Shown here: piece after piece, positions 50,964 to 61,420 of the stretch
Position numbering within the stretch: the stretch's first letter is position 1
Layout of the letters: every line of letters starts with the position of its first letter
Source: an uncultured Methanomassiliicoccales archaeon
GTDB taxonomy: Archaea > Thermoplasmatota > Thermoplasmata > Methanomassiliicoccales > UBA472
Direction of reading: 5' to 3'
Assembly: GCA_963695345.1 (NCBI GenBank)
Contig: OY968769.1
Coordinates: forward strand, 1,440,001-1,504,000
DNA: 64,000 bases
Program-made: the position numbers and the translations under genes
Notes under the pieces: model-generated
Databases searched by the model: none
What the model saw: the letters and a program-made list of their open reading frames with translations, nothing else
What the model was told of the DNA's origin: nothing

Positions 50964-51021
50964 ATTTTTCATCTCCATTGTGTCCACAATGCTTATCGCC
51001 GTCCTAAGCAGTCCTGGAGCA

Positions 51022-51477
51022 ATGAAGGCCTTGGTAATGTTCGAATCGAAATATGGTAACACTGAGAAGATCGCCCGGGCAATCGCTGAAGGCCTCAAAG
51101 AAGGAGGTCTAGAATCCATCGAGTGCCGTGCCCTCTCGCAATCCGGGGAGGAGGATTTCCAGGGAAAGGATCTGTGGGTGCTCGGTACGCCGACCCATTA
51201 TGGCACCGTCCCGTTCCGGTTCTCCACGTTACTGAAGAATGCACTGAAGGAGGACCATCCAAACGTTAGGGCGGCCATCTTCGACACCCGGATGAAGGAT
51301 TTTCCCCGGGGCTCGGTCGTCAAGCTGAAGAAGATATTGGTGAAAAAGAACAAACCGGTCATCGCGGAGGATTCTTTCGTCGTGGTCGGGATGCGCGGAC
51401 CTCTCGCCGAGGGAGAAGAGGAAAGGGCCCGGCGCTTCGGGAAGGACATAGCGGGTCAGTTAAATGCTCAACCATGA
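51022..51477 (+). CDS. Flavodoxin-like protein
   Basis: FMN loop ESKYGNTEKIA, LGTPTH and AAIFDTR. Confidence 0.88.
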   Translation: MKALVMFESKYGNTEKIARAIAEGLKEGGLESIECRALSQSGEEDFQGKDLWVLGTPTHYGTVPFRFSTLLKNALKEDHPNVRAAIFDTRMKDFPRGSVVKLKKILVKKNKPVIAEDSFVVVGMRGPLAEGEEERARRFGKDIAGQLNAQP

Positions 51478-51482
51478 GCTCT

Positions 51483-52814
51483 TCAATCACACTTGATGAT
51501 GTGCGGGCCCTCGTCATCCCCGGGCACCTGGTCGACGTTGGTACCCAAGAGGAGGACCAGGCCGGCCAGGATGAATCCCGAGGCCATAAGGAACTCCGTC
51601 TGGTATCCGTAGTACTCGGCGACGAACCCTCCCAGCAACGACCCGAATATCGCCGCCACTCCCTGGATGGAGCTGTACATCCCCAACGATTGGGTCCGAA
51701 AGTCCCTGAAGGACATCCTGGAGACCATGGCATTGCCGGAAACGCTGATCCCAGCCCAGCATAATCCCGCCAGGGCATGCAATATCAGCAGGGCGGCGAA
51801 CAGGCCGAGGAACGGCAGGTTCATCATCGTCACCACGAAGAACGCCGGGAAGATGAAGATACGCGAGGCAAATGCGACCATCTGGATCCTTTTGCCTCCC
51901 ACGCGCCCTATGAGCCGGCCTACAAAGGCATATGTGAGCACCGACGCGACGGACGAGGCGATGTATATGATGAATATGTCCGAGTCGCTCAGACCTACGT
52001 ACTGGCTCAGGAAGATCGGGAAAGCGACATAGAAGGAAAGGAAACCGGAGAACGCCAAGAAGGTGACCAAGTAATACCGTTTCAGGTTGGCTGGGAAGTT
52101 GGTCAGCTTGAGGTTCTTGGCGCTGACCTTGGCGACGAACATGACCCTTTGGGGCAGATACCGTGCCCGTTCAATGACGTGGGCGTGGGCGTGTTCCAGG
52201 TCGTCGGGGTCGATACATTCTCTCTTGATCTTCTCCTTGGGTTCCGGGACCCATCGGAAGGCCAGAACGGTGGAGACCAGACACAGTAACGCCGCCAGCA
52301 GGAAAAGCGCCCGGGTGGAGTTCTCTCCGTCAGAGCCGTTCAGCATCATAAGCCAGACCGTGCCTATGAGCAGTCCAACGACCCAGCCCAGTCCTCCTAC
52401 CTTGCTGAAGTCGCCCAGTCGCTTGGCCCAATCCTTCTTGTCGAACGATTCCAGCACCAGGACCGTGCCCACCGGGGCTACCGCCGCCGCCAGCAGGCCG
52501 AGCATGAAGTTCGCCAGGTAATATTGCGGGATGGTGGTCGACAGCCCCATCAGAAGCAGTGCCAGGCCCATGCCCAGGAAGCCCATGATCACGAACGGTT
52601 TCCTCTTCTGCATGGTATCCGACAGGTTGCCCCATAGGATGTTGGCCGGGACGGCGGCAAGCGATGTTATCGCCGAGACGATACCGACCTGGGCGACCGT
52701 TCCCTTGAGGCCCTCGGTGACGAAAAGAGGGATGATGGGATTGGTGCTGCCGCCAGCAATGTTGTATGGCAGGAAGGTGTAGTACCACTTCTCCTCCTTC
52801 TTGTCGTCCGACAT
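51483..52814 (-). CDS. MFS transporter
   Basis: About 12 TM helices; motif A-like WGNLSDTMQKRK and GRLIGRVGGKR. Confidence 0.85.
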   Translation of the reverse strand: MSDDKKEEKWYYTFLPYNIAGGSTNPIIPLFVTEGLKGTVAQVGIVSAITSLAAVPANILWGNLSDTMQKRKPFVIMGFLGMGLALLLMGLSTTIPQYYLANFMLGLLAAAVAPVGTVLVLESFDKKDWAKRLGDFSKVGGLGWVVGLLIGTVWLMMLNGSDGENSTRALFLLAALLCLVSTVLAFRWVPEPKEKIKRECIDPDDLEHAHAHVIERARYLPQRVMFVAKVSAKNLKLTNFPANLKRYYLVTFLAFSGFLSFYVAFPIFLSQYVGLSDSDIFIIYIASSVASVLTYAFVGRLIGRVGGKRIQMVAFASRIFIFPAFFVVTMMNLPFLGLFAALLILHALAGLCWAGISVSGNAMVSRMSFRDFRTQSLGMYSSIQGVAAIFGSLLGGFVAEYYGYQTEFLMASGFILAGLVLLLGTNVDQVPGDDEGPHIIKCD

Positions 52815-52874
52815 TTCCCATCCTCTAATCAGGTGAATCTGGATGGGGATAATAACGGTTTGCTTGCGTCGTCA

Positions 52875-53204
52875 TCAGAGCCTGATGAAAACCGCCAGGA
52901 CGATCATTAACAGCACAAACACGGAGATGCCGACGAAACGATAGTCCTTCTCCATCCAGAAGGTGATGCCCGCCGCCAGGATCCGGACGAACGGCGTGGC
53001 GATAAGGATAACGATGCCCAGATCGATTATGGCGATGGGATCTCCCCGGCCTATGCCCTCGAGCATCCTGTCCAAGGGCAGGGTCGTTCCTTCGGTGGGC
53101 GCCAAGGCGTACAACGCCAGCCCGACGATCATGATGCAGAAGCTAAGCGCCATGCCGGAGACCAACACCAGGTACATTGTCCGGTTCATCCGTTCATTGG
53201 CCAT
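52875..53204 (-). CDS. DUF1634-like membrane protein
   Basis: LGIVILIATPFVRI...EKDYRF; the usual partner of TauE. Confidence 0.75.
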   Translation of the reverse strand: MANERMNRTMYLVLVSGMALSFCIMIVGLALYALAPTEGTTLPLDRMLEGIGRGDPIAIIDLGIVILIATPFVRILAAGITFWMEKDYRFVGISVFVLLMIVLAVFIRL

Positions 53205-53205
53205 C

Positions 53206-54051
53206 TCAGACCGCCTCCAGGATCCCGGCGGCTTTCAGCAGCATCAATGCCGCTATGATGATTAGGGCCAGAGAGAACATGGTTCGTATCCGGTGCCCTT
53301 CGCTGCTGAAGTTCAGGCGGGTGCCGATGAAGGACCCCACGATCACTCCCACCGCCACGGTCCCCGCCAGGACCGGAGATATCAGACCATACGAATAATA
53401 GACGACCGCACCGGCCAAAGCGGTGACTCCGATCATGAAGTTGCTGGTGGCCGTGGCCGCCTTCATGGGCACGCACATGCAGGTGTTCATGACCGGGACC
53501 TTGATGACGCCTCCACCAACTCCTAGCATACCGGATGTGGCGCCGGCCAGCAGTCCTGCCCCCATTCCTGTCCTGATGCCCTTCACCCCATAGCATACCT
53601 CGTTCCCACTTCTGGCATCGGTGTAGGTGCAGGATAGATCCAGTATCTGTCCGTCCAGTTCAGCGCTTTCCGGGGATATGGTCCGTTCTGGCCTGCGGAG
53701 CATGTATATCGCGCTATACACCAGCATGGCGGCAAAGAACAATGCCAGGACCTTCTGGTCGGTATATATGGCGATCAGCGCCCCAATGATGGACCCGACG
53801 GTGGTGGTCGTCTCCAGAAGCATTCCCAGTTTGACATTGACGAATCCCTGTTGCACGTATCTTGAGGCGGAGCCGGTCGATGAGGCGATGACCCCAATGA
53901 GCGAGGCTCCGATCGCCTCCTGCATGTTGAACCCCAGCGCCAACGTCAGCGCCGGGATTATGACGATGCCCCCGCCCAGACCCAGAAGTGAACCTATCAG
54001 GCCTGCGACTATGGCGAAAGCGATAACGACCAATGCGGTCAGGGGTTCCAT
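53206..54051 (-). CDS. TauE/SafE (TSUP) sulfite exporter family permease
   Basis: GSLLGLGGGIVIIP, SGMLGVGGGVIKVP and KAATATSNFMIG. Confidence 0.88.
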   Translation of the reverse strand: MEPLTALVVIAFAIVAGLIGSLLGLGGGIVIIPALTLALGFNMQEAIGASLIGVIASSTGSASRYVQQGFVNVKLGMLLETTTTVGSIIGALIAIYTDQKVLALFFAAMLVYSAIYMLRRPERTISPESAELDGQILDLSCTYTDARSGNEVCYGVKGIRTGMGAGLLAGATSGMLGVGGGVIKVPVMNTCMCVPMKAATATSNFMIGVTALAGAVVYYSYGLISPVLAGTVAVGVIVGSFIGTRLNFSSEGHRIRTMFSLALIIIAALMLLKAAGILEAV

Positions 54052-54168
54052 TTGTTCAGGCGTCCGATGGGCTCTCGATGGATATAACGATGCGGGCGCC
54101 GGCGGAATAGCGGACAACTGCTCGGCAATTGGAAATCCTTTTTAACCACGGCAGACTTGCGTCAGCGC

Positions 54169-55035
54169 ATGGACCTAATCCTGGTCAGGTATTCCGAGGT
54201 CGGGCTCAAGTCCCGGTCAGTCCGCTCGCGTTTTGAGAGGGTGCTGATGGATAACATGATCTCAGCCTTGGCCAGGGAGGGGATCGAGGCGCTGGTAAAC
54301 TGCGACCAGGGCCGCATATATGTCCGAACCGACAAGGCCCGGATCGACGACGGCATCAAGGTCCTGCAGAGGGTGTTCGGCATCGCTTCCGTGTCGCCCG
54401 TGATCGAGACGTCGAGCGACATGGAATCGATCATGGAGACCGCGGTGACGTACTCAAGGGAGCTGCTCGCCGATGGATCCACGTTCAAGATCAAGTCCCG
54501 GCGGGTCGGTTCGCATCCCTATCACCAGCATGGATATCGCCGTTCGCGTGGGTGAGGCGGTCCTTAATGCCAACAGTGACCGTGGGATCAGAGTGGACAT
54601 CCGCAACCCCATCAAGGAGATCTTCGTCGAGGTCCGGGAAAACCAGACCTTCATCTTCTCCGAGTATTGCGAAGGGACCGGAGGTCTGCCGATGGGCAGC
54701 CAGGGGAAGGTATTGGTGGTTCTGGAAAGGGACACCGACGCCTTGGCAGCTTGGTTGATCATGAAACGCGGGTGCCGTGCCGTTGCCATCGCCGACGGGG
54801 AAAACGAGGCGGTGCGAATAGTGAGAAAGTGGGACCCCGAATTGAAGGTCTGCCCCCAGGTGACCTGCAGGCCTATTGTCGGAAGTTCAAGGCATCGGCG
54901 GTCGTCTACGGATTCCTTGTGGAGGACGAGGTCCGGATCAAGGAGAGCGCTGTACTTCCAGTTCCAGCGTTCTATCCGATCATCGGCATGGATGGGCCGA
55001 CCATCACCGCAAGGATGGAACAGATCCGCGGCTGA
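54169..55035 (+). CDS. ThiI-like THUMP protein with a degenerate PP-loop; frameshifts near 54522 and 54860
   Basis: ILVRYSEVGLKS, RVFGIASVSP and GGLPMGSQGKVL..., but the SGGxDS motif is replaced by ERDTD. Confidence 0.75.
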
Positions 55036-55166
55036 TCGCCTTCTGCCCAAGCACCTTCCATCATTCCAGACTCTCCAGGCAGCCCCATGGCTCGTCAGTG
55101 GTCGGTTACAGTAAAAATGGGAAAGGATCGCCCTTCCGGGCGAAAGAAATCGTTCAAAGAGGTTTC

Positions 55167-55817
55167 TTACTTGTTGTGGTGGTCGTGCGCGGCACCGCTG
55201 GGGCGCATCTTCTCCGCGCCCTTGCCCTTCCATCTCAGGCCACGTCCCTTGTGACCGGCGGAGGTCAGACCGCGGTAGACTCTGCCCTTGTGCACCGGAC
55301 TGCAGATCCAGTTGATCTTCGGGTCCGACATGATGACCGGGTGGTGCTTGTCGACCAGGACGATCTCGTACCAAACGTTCCTGCCGTCCTCTCCGACCCA
55401 GTAGGAGTTCAGGACTTCCAGGTTCGGGTAGCGCTTGGCGCATCTCTCCTCAACCATCCACTTCAGGCTCTTGCCGGCGGTGAGCTTGTTGATACCTTTC
55501 CTCTTTGCGCGGCGACCCTTCCAGCGCATCTTGCGCCTCTGGAGCGAGCCCTTCCTGACATGTCCCCGGACCACGACGTATCCCTGCTTGGCCTTGAATC
55601 CCAAGGCGCGGGCACGGTCCAGCCTGGTGGGGTGATCCACACGGCAGAAGTTCTCTTCCCGGCGCCATGCGATCATCCTGTCAAACATGAGGTCTTTAAC
55701 GTAGGTAGCGTCCGGCCTGTTCCAGGCCTCGGCTATGTACTTGTACATGCTCTTGCCAGAGATGTTCCTCTTGGCCTCTGGCTCTGCGCCCTCAACGGGC
55801 TTCTCGTGCTCTGCCAT
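55167..55817 (-). CDS. rpl15e: 50S ribosomal protein L15e (eL15)
   Basis: [33 protein letters not shown] and RGLTSAG. Confidence 0.96.
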   Translation of the reverse strand: MAEHEKPVEGAEPEAKRNISGKSMYKYIAEAWNRPDATYVKDLMFDRMIAWRREENFCRVDHPTRLDRARALGFKAKQGYVVVRGHVRKGSLQRRKMRWKGRRAKRKGINKLTAGKSLKWMVEERCAKRYPNLEVLNSYWVGEDGRNVWYEIVLVDKHHPVIMSDPKINWICSPVHKGRVYRGLTSAGHKGRGLRWKGKGAEKMRPSGAAHDHHNK

Positions 55818-55914
55818 AGTGTATCACTTCCGCCGCGATAATTAGTGGAAGCGGCGTTTCGGGATTCGCCCTTGTCAGGGTACATTTCCTACGGGATCAC
55901 TTCAATCCCGTCAC
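55818..55914 (-). ncRNA. Structured 5' leader of rpl15e (candidate r-leader)
   Basis: Three hairpins between a TATA box (55937-55944) and the start codon; the middle one has an AAUG/CGAA internal loop. Confidence 0.55.
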
Positions 55915-56036
55915 TGTTTGCAGGACTAGGATTACGATATAAAAGGATTTTGTCCCGTTTGTTCACCTTTCTTACCTTCCGGTCGGGTCATATTGGTCAT
56001 CCTTTATCTAGTAAGGAGTCGAAAAATATCATCGCC

Positions 56037-56990
56037 ATGCTGGACCAATTGATATTTCTTACCACGGGTTTGGTCGTGATCTATTTCGGCGGTCGCTGGA
56101 TAGTGGGGGGTGGCTCGCAGCTAGCCATAGCGATAGGAGTAGAGCCAGTAGTCGTTGGTCTAACCGTGGTTGCCTATGGGACCTCCGTTCCAGAGCTGTT
56201 CCTGGGGATCATTGCAGGATATGAAGGAGTGAACCGCATTTCGTTCGGGAATATCATTGGCTCGAGCATATCCAATGCCACGTACGTGCTCGGCGTATGC
56301 GCGGTCATGGTTCCGATTGTTATCCGATTCGCGTCGATCCGCTTGGAGAGCCTTTTCATGATCTTTTCAGTTGCCCTGCTCGCCCTTCTCTCCCTTGATG
56401 GCCAGATTTCGCCGATAGACGGATTGTTGTTGCTGTCCGCTTTCCTAATCGGCCTGGCACTGATGCTCAAACACCATAAGAAAGTGGGTTGTCCATCATG
56501 CGTTCAGGATGAGTACCGGGAGGCGTTGAAAAACGGTGGTACGGTTTGGTCCAGCATATCGAAATTAACGGTAGGCATCGGATTGCTCGCTATCGGAGCC
56601 CAAACAGCGGTCTCCGGTGCCTCTGGCTTGGCGATGCAGGCAGGGATCAGCCCATTCTTTGTCGGTCTGACCATCGTCTCCATTGGGACCACTTTGCCTG
56701 AACTAACAGTCAGTGTCATTGCGGCGAGAAAACACCAGACCGATCTGGCCATCGGGAATGCGGTCGGGTCGGTGACCTTCAATTCCCTCGTCGTCGCTGG
56801 CTCGGCGTCAATGATCGGAGGCTTCGCCGTGACCGGACAATTGTTCTGGATCGGAATCGTCCCATTGATCGTCTTCTCGGTGCTCTTGTCGCTTCTGATC
56901 TGGAGGGAAGTTCCGATATCCAGGAAGGATGGCCTGGTGATAGTCAGTTCGTACATTGGCTATTTTATCATAACCGCTTTGGTTTTCTGA
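56037..56990 (+). CDS. Ca2+/Na+ antiporter (CaCA, YrbG-like)
   Basis: Two alpha repeats, GTSVPEL...GNIIGSSISN and GTTLPEL...GNAVGSVTFN. Confidence 0.88.
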   Translation: MLDQLIFLTTGLVVIYFGGRWIVGGGSQLAIAIGVEPVVVGLTVVAYGTSVPELFLGIIAGYEGVNRISFGNIIGSSISNATYVLGVCAVMVPIVIRFASIRLESLFMIFSVALLALLSLDGQISPIDGLLLLSAFLIGLALMLKHHKKVGCPSCVQDEYREALKNGGTVWSSISKLTVGIGLLAIGAQTAVSGASGLAMQAGISPFFVGLTIVSIGTTLPELTVSVIAARKHQTDLAIGNAVGSVTFNSLVVAGSASMIGGFAVTGQLFWIGIVPLIVFSVLLSLLIWREVPISRKDGLVIVSSYIGYFIITALVF

Positions 56991-56994
56991 GCTT

Positions 56995-59412
56995 CTAGAA
57001 GAAATCATCCAGCGTCAGTTTCTTGTCGGTCTTCTTGACCTCTGCCTTTTTCGCCGTCTCGATAGGGGTGGGTTTCCGCTCCCCGCTGTCGCAGAACGCG
57101 GAGTTCAGGAAGTTCATCTGCTGATTGCCAGCCATGAGCGATTTGTCGTCCCAACCGAAAACCTCAGTCGCCCGGCCAAGCGATTGGGCGATCCGTTCCG
57201 CGTAATAGCGATAGTCCGGCTGTCCGATGAACTTCCGTCCCGACACATAGGGTTCCGCCTCTTGGGGCGATTTCTTCGAGTTGGTCACGATCCAGGAGAC
57301 CTTCATGCCGGGCACGAACTGTTCCCCCGAGGCCATCAGCTTCTTGGCCACCTGGACGGTAAGCTGGGAATCCGGCTTGGCGTACTGGTTGAACGGCCTG
57401 CACCCTTTTGAGATGACCAATTTCTCGATCGCGATCTTACCGCACAATGTATCCTGGACATACTGTTTGGCGATCTTGACCGCCTCGTCCATCTTTTCGT
57501 CCATGATCTTGTCGAAGACCGCCATGAGGGCCTCCGACTGGAGCTCGAAGGAGTCGGTGCGGCGTATCTCATAGCCGCGGATGACCAGCTCCTCCTTTGG
57601 CCAGACCATGCGACCCACGTAACGCTTCTTCTTCCCATGGGAGAACAGGGGTTCCATGATCTTTTCGAACTCCAGGGATCCGCCCTCCTTGGAGAAGCGT
57701 TCGGCCAGCTCGGTGCCGAACTCTATCGATTCCTTCAGGTCATCGTGGGGCGACTGGACGAACACTGAATCGGTATCGGAATAGATGACGTGCCTTCCTT
57801 CGGCCTCCAGCTCCTGGATGATGCCCTTGGTCCTCTCCCTGGCATAGGCGGTGATGGATGAACCGATGGAGCGGTCGGTGAACCGATAGAACGATGAGGC
57901 GAACACCCCGTAGAAGGAGTTCATCAGAACCTTGATGGCTGCCTGCAGTCCGTCATAATAGCGGGCCTCCTCCGGCGTCTTGGCCGATTTCATCTTGGCC
58001 TTGGTGTCGTCCCTGGCCTTCATCAGGTTGGACATCATGGTGGGCAGGATCCCCGGCTTCTGCTCCCGGCTAAGGAAATGCACGCCTGTCGGCGAAACGT
58101 TGGTACCGGCATCTTCCCTAGTGGTGAAGCAGATGTTCTTGCTGATGATGAGCGACGGGTACATCGACTTGAAGTCCAAGACGCACACCCAGTGATACAG
58201 ACCCGGTTCTATCTCATGCACGTATCCGCCTTCGATGGCCTCGTCATCGGTGTCGAAGTCACCCGTCAGTGGGACTCCCACACGGGGCACCGCCCGGTCT
58301 GCCTCCCTTATCAGGATGGAATCGACCAGCATCGAACTGCCGGAGTTCAGCACATCGTCCACCGGCAAACGCGACACCGCCGCCAGGTCCAGGTTCTTAC
58401 GGATGCGGCCAACCTTCTCCAGGACCTTCAGCGCCAGGCTGGCGTCTTGCCGGCAGTACCGCAGCACCTTGTCCTTGTCATGGAGCCATTCCTCGTCCAT
58501 GTTCTTTGCGGAGACGTCCATCTTCTCTTCGTTGAGCAGCAGCTTCGAGACCGCGTTGAGCGTTTCCTGTTTCGGCCTCAGTTCCGTCCTGACCGCCCAC
58601 CACGCGTCGACGATCAGCCGTCCGGTCAGCCGCCAGAACTTCTGGATAGAGCGTGGGTCGGAGCGGTCCCGTCCCCAGTTGAGCGTCCTTACGCCCACCT
58701 TCTGCGCCCTTTCCAGGATCTTAGGGATATCGTAACCGTCGATGTTGTAACCGGTGATGACGTCCGGATCCTCCTTCTGGATGATCTCAGAGAAACGCTG
58801 GATGATGTGCTTCTCGGTACCCTCGATCATCTCTCCGTCGCGGATCTGGGCTCCGTCCCTGACAACGTAGCAGATGGTCAGGATGTTCCCGTTCGTGATG
58901 GAGTTCTCCAGGTCGAACGAGAGGATGCGCAGCTCAGGTGTGAACGGCTCGATCTCCTCGAAGCGGTCCATGTCCACGACCAGGTCGGTGGTGTAATCTC
59001 CCTTTGCCGGTGTCCCGTAGACCCGTATGCAGGAGCTCATGTCCTTGTCATAGATGAACCGGTGGTGGAACGGTATGTCCGCGGCCAGGACCTCAAAGTT
59101 CTGTCGCTTGATGTCCTGCCTGAAATTGGGCACGGTCCAGGGATACTTCACGGTGACCTGGGCGGCCGGACGGACCCGGCCCTTGTAGTACAATTCCAGG
59201 TCCTTGATCTCCAGGACATCGGGGTTCTGCTTCAGACGGGCCAAGAGGTCAGGCCTGGGCTCGATGATCTGAAAATACGGTCTGAACCCGAAGTTGCGCA
59301 CCACGATCGAACGGCCATCCCTGGTCTTGCCGTAGAGCTCGACCATGACCTCATCGCGGTCTGCCATCTTCCGGTATGACGCGGTCAGCAGCCGCAGCTC
59401 GTACGTTTCCAT
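56995..59412 (-). CDS. polB: Family B DNA polymerase
   Basis: Exo I SFDLE, Exo II GYNIDGYD, Exo III YCRQD; Pol motifs DFKSMYPS, KVLMNSFYG, YSDTDS and KKRY; C-terminal PIP-like TLDDFF. No intein. Confidence 0.95.
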   Translation of the reverse strand: METYELRLLTASYRKMADRDEVMVELYGKTRDGRSIVVRNFGFRPYFQIIEPRPDLLARLKQNPDVLEIKDLELYYKGRVRPAAQVTVKYPWTVPNFRQDIKRQNFEVLAADIPFHHRFIYDKDMSSCIRVYGTPAKGDYTTDLVVDMDRFEEIEPFTPELRILSFDLENSITNGNILTICYVVRDGAQIRDGEMIEGTEKHIIQRFSEIIQKEDPDVITGYNIDGYDIPKILERAQKVGVRTLNWGRDRSDPRSIQKFWRLTGRLIVDAWWAVRTELRPKQETLNAVSKLLLNEEKMDVSAKNMDEEWLHDKDKVLRYCRQDASLALKVLEKVGRIRKNLDLAAVSRLPVDDVLNSGSSMLVDSILIREADRAVPRVGVPLTGDFDTDDEAIEGGYVHEIEPGLYHWVCVLDFKSMYPSLIISKNICFTTREDAGTNVSPTGVHFLSREQKPGILPTMMSNLMKARDDTKAKMKSAKTPEEARYYDGLQAAIKVLMNSFYGVFASSFYRFTDRSIGSSITAYARERTKGIIQELEAEGRHVIYSDTDSVFVQSPHDDLKESIEFGTELAERFSKEGGSLEFEKIMEPLFSHGKKKRYVGRMVWPKEELVIRGYEIRRTDSFELQSEALMAVFDKIMDEKMDEAVKIAKQYVQDTLCGKIAIEKLVISKGCRPFNQYAKPDSQLTVQVAKKLMASGEQFVPGMKVSWIVTNSKKSPQEAEPYVSGRKFIGQPDYRYYAERIAQSLGRATEVFGWDDKSLMAGNQQMNFLNSAFCDSGERKPTPIETAKKAEVKKTDKKLTLDDFF

Positions 59413-59416
59413 TGCC

Positions 59417-60607
59417 TCACTTTCTCGATATGATGGTGATAACGTCGCCGTCCTGGAGGACATAGTCGTGTCCTACGATGCGTTTCGTCTTGGCGTTGAT
59501 GGCCCGGATGAAACCTTCCCCCAGGTCGGTGTGGATCTTGTATGCCAGGTCCTTGGCGGTGCTGCCGCGGCGGATCAGATGGGCATCTGGGAGTATGTTC
59601 CCGCTGTGGTCCGTGAGCCTGGTCTCGTCCTCCACCGGGTAGACGACGATAAGGTCCAGCAGCTGGAACGCGGCCTTTTCCAATGCCGTTTGGACCCCGG
59701 TGCTGCCCACCCTCTTCATGGTGTGGTCCATGACGTCGATGGCCTTCTTCTGTCCGGCGGTCAGCTTGGCCGGGTCCGGGATGGTGAATGACGTATCTCC
59801 GGGCGCATAATTGACCAGCTTCGCCTTCGCCGCCTTCTTCAGGGCCAGCTCGGTCTCCGCGCAGGTAGCGATGGTGATGTAGTCGGGAAGCTTCGAAAGG
59901 CGCTTGATGTTCTCGTCGCTGGCCACGTCCGACTTGTTGTAGGCGATCAGGATCGGTTTCGACAGGCGCCTGATGTTGTCCGCCAGGCGGAGCATCTCCT
60001 CGTCCTTCCAGATCATCGGGTTGACGGGCATGTTCGATTCCCGCAGGGCCGTGCATATTGCCGGCATCGGGACCCCCAGACCGGTGAGGCGGTCATGGAT
60101 GACCTCCTCCATCTTCTGACCCTCAAGATGCGCCATTCTCGCCGCCTTTTCAAAACCCTTCTCGATGATGCCCTTCATCCAGTGGGCGATCTCGTTCTCG
60201 AGGAACTTGATGTCGACCATGGGGTCGTGGGTCCCCGTCGGGACCGGGTTCCCGTCGGAATCGGTGGAGCCGGAGGCGTCGATTATGTGTATGAACGCGT
60301 CCGCCTGCCTGAGGTCATCGAGGAACTGGTTGCCCAGCCCCTTCCCCTGCCAGGCGTCGGGGACCAGACCGGCGACGTCCAGAAGCTCGACCGGGACCAT
60401 CCTGGTGCCGTTGTCGCAGGCGGAGTTCCTAGGTTGGCACTTCACTCCGAAGTGCTTCTCCGGGCACGGCGCCCTTAGGTACCCTACCCCCTTGTTCGGT
60501 TTGATGGTAGTGAAAGGATAAGCGGCGATCTCTGCACTGGCCATGGTGGCGGCGGAGAAGAAGGTGGATTTACCGACGTTCGGTTTGCCGACTATTCCAA
60601 TTAACAT
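59417..60607 (-). CDS. ychF: YchF/OLA1-like OBG-family ATPase/GTPase with TGS domain
   Basis: GKPNVGKST, YPFTTI.PN, DVAGLVP, NKSD and LAYKIHTDLG. Confidence 0.9.
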   Translation of the reverse strand: MLIGIVGKPNVGKSTFFSAATMASAEIAAYPFTTIKPNKGVGYLRAPCPEKHFGVKCQPRNSACDNGTRMVPVELLDVAGLVPDAWQGKGLGNQFLDDLRQADAFIHIIDASGSTDSDGNPVPTGTHDPMVDIKFLENEIAHWMKGIIEKGFEKAARMAHLEGQKMEEVIHDRLTGLGVPMPAICTALRESNMPVNPMIWKDEEMLRLADNIRRLSKPILIAYNKSDVASDENIKRLSKLPDYITIATCAETELALKKAAKAKLVNYAPGDTSFTIPDPAKLTAGQKKAIDVMDHTMKRVGSTGVQTALEKAAFQLLDLIVVYPVEDETRLTDHSGNILPDAHLIRRGSTAKDLAYKIHTDLGEGFIRAINAKTKRIVGHDYVLQDGDVITIISRK

Positions 60608-60660
60608 GATTATCGTCAATGGTAAGCTGATTGGCGTAGAAAAATGATTGCCTGAATGGT

Positions 60661-61420
60661 TCAGACCACTCTTTTTTCAGGGAATGCTACCTTGGGGCGC
60701 TTCCTCAGGAATGATGCCGCGACATCGTTGACCATCCTCTCGGCGGTCTCGATCGGTATCGACAAGGTCAGCAGGTCAGGCGGCAGCCATTCGTTGACCG
60801 TGGGGTCGGTGGGCCCTGTTGATCAGGGCGTCCTTCGGTGCCTTTTCCGAAACGCCGGAGGCGTAGCTGATCATCGAGGAGCAGGCCGGCCCCCATGGCG
60901 CGATGCAGGCGCCGAACGCATCATCGCTGCCGAACTCGGCCAACGCGATCAGGTTCCGGATGTTCTCCGCTTTCCCGAAGCACAGAATGCTCAAAGCCCG
61001 GCATCCCTCCACCTTCCTGTTAAATGGAGCAATGACTATGAACTTCCCTGGAGGAGTAAGCTTCCCTACCCGGACCATGCTTCTCAAGGTGATCGCCGGG
61101 TCCCGTTTGAGGTACTCGGCAGCCCCGTTCCGAAATGTGGGTGAGCCGGTGGAGATGAAGAATTCGAGCCCCTTCGGCAAAGGAACGTATCCGAGCCAGA
61201 ACTGGCCCCCGGGACAGCAGCCTCCGAGATGCTCTTCCCCCAAGAAAACGGTCTGACCATCCTCGTGGGCGATGGCGAAGATGGCGTGCGCCACACACCT
61301 GTCTATTTTTGATATGTGGACAGCAGCCTCCGGGATCGAATCCGACCCATACACAACAAGGGGATGATTCTCCAAACGTCCCGCTGCCATGAGCTCCGAA
61401 CCAATTCTTGCCACGTCCAT
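60661..61420 (-). CDS. DUF169-like protein; frameshift near 60818
   Basis: RCV, CCPGG..WLG and WGPACS; continues in a shifted frame as GPTDPTVNEWLPPDLL to a TGA at 60661. Confidence 0.65.

Noticed and set aside
56995-59412. PolB as inactive, intein-containing or of mobile-element origin (YSDTDS instead of YGDTDS)
   Set aside because: All catalytic aspartates and exonuclease motifs are present, the length is normal, and the context is housekeeping.
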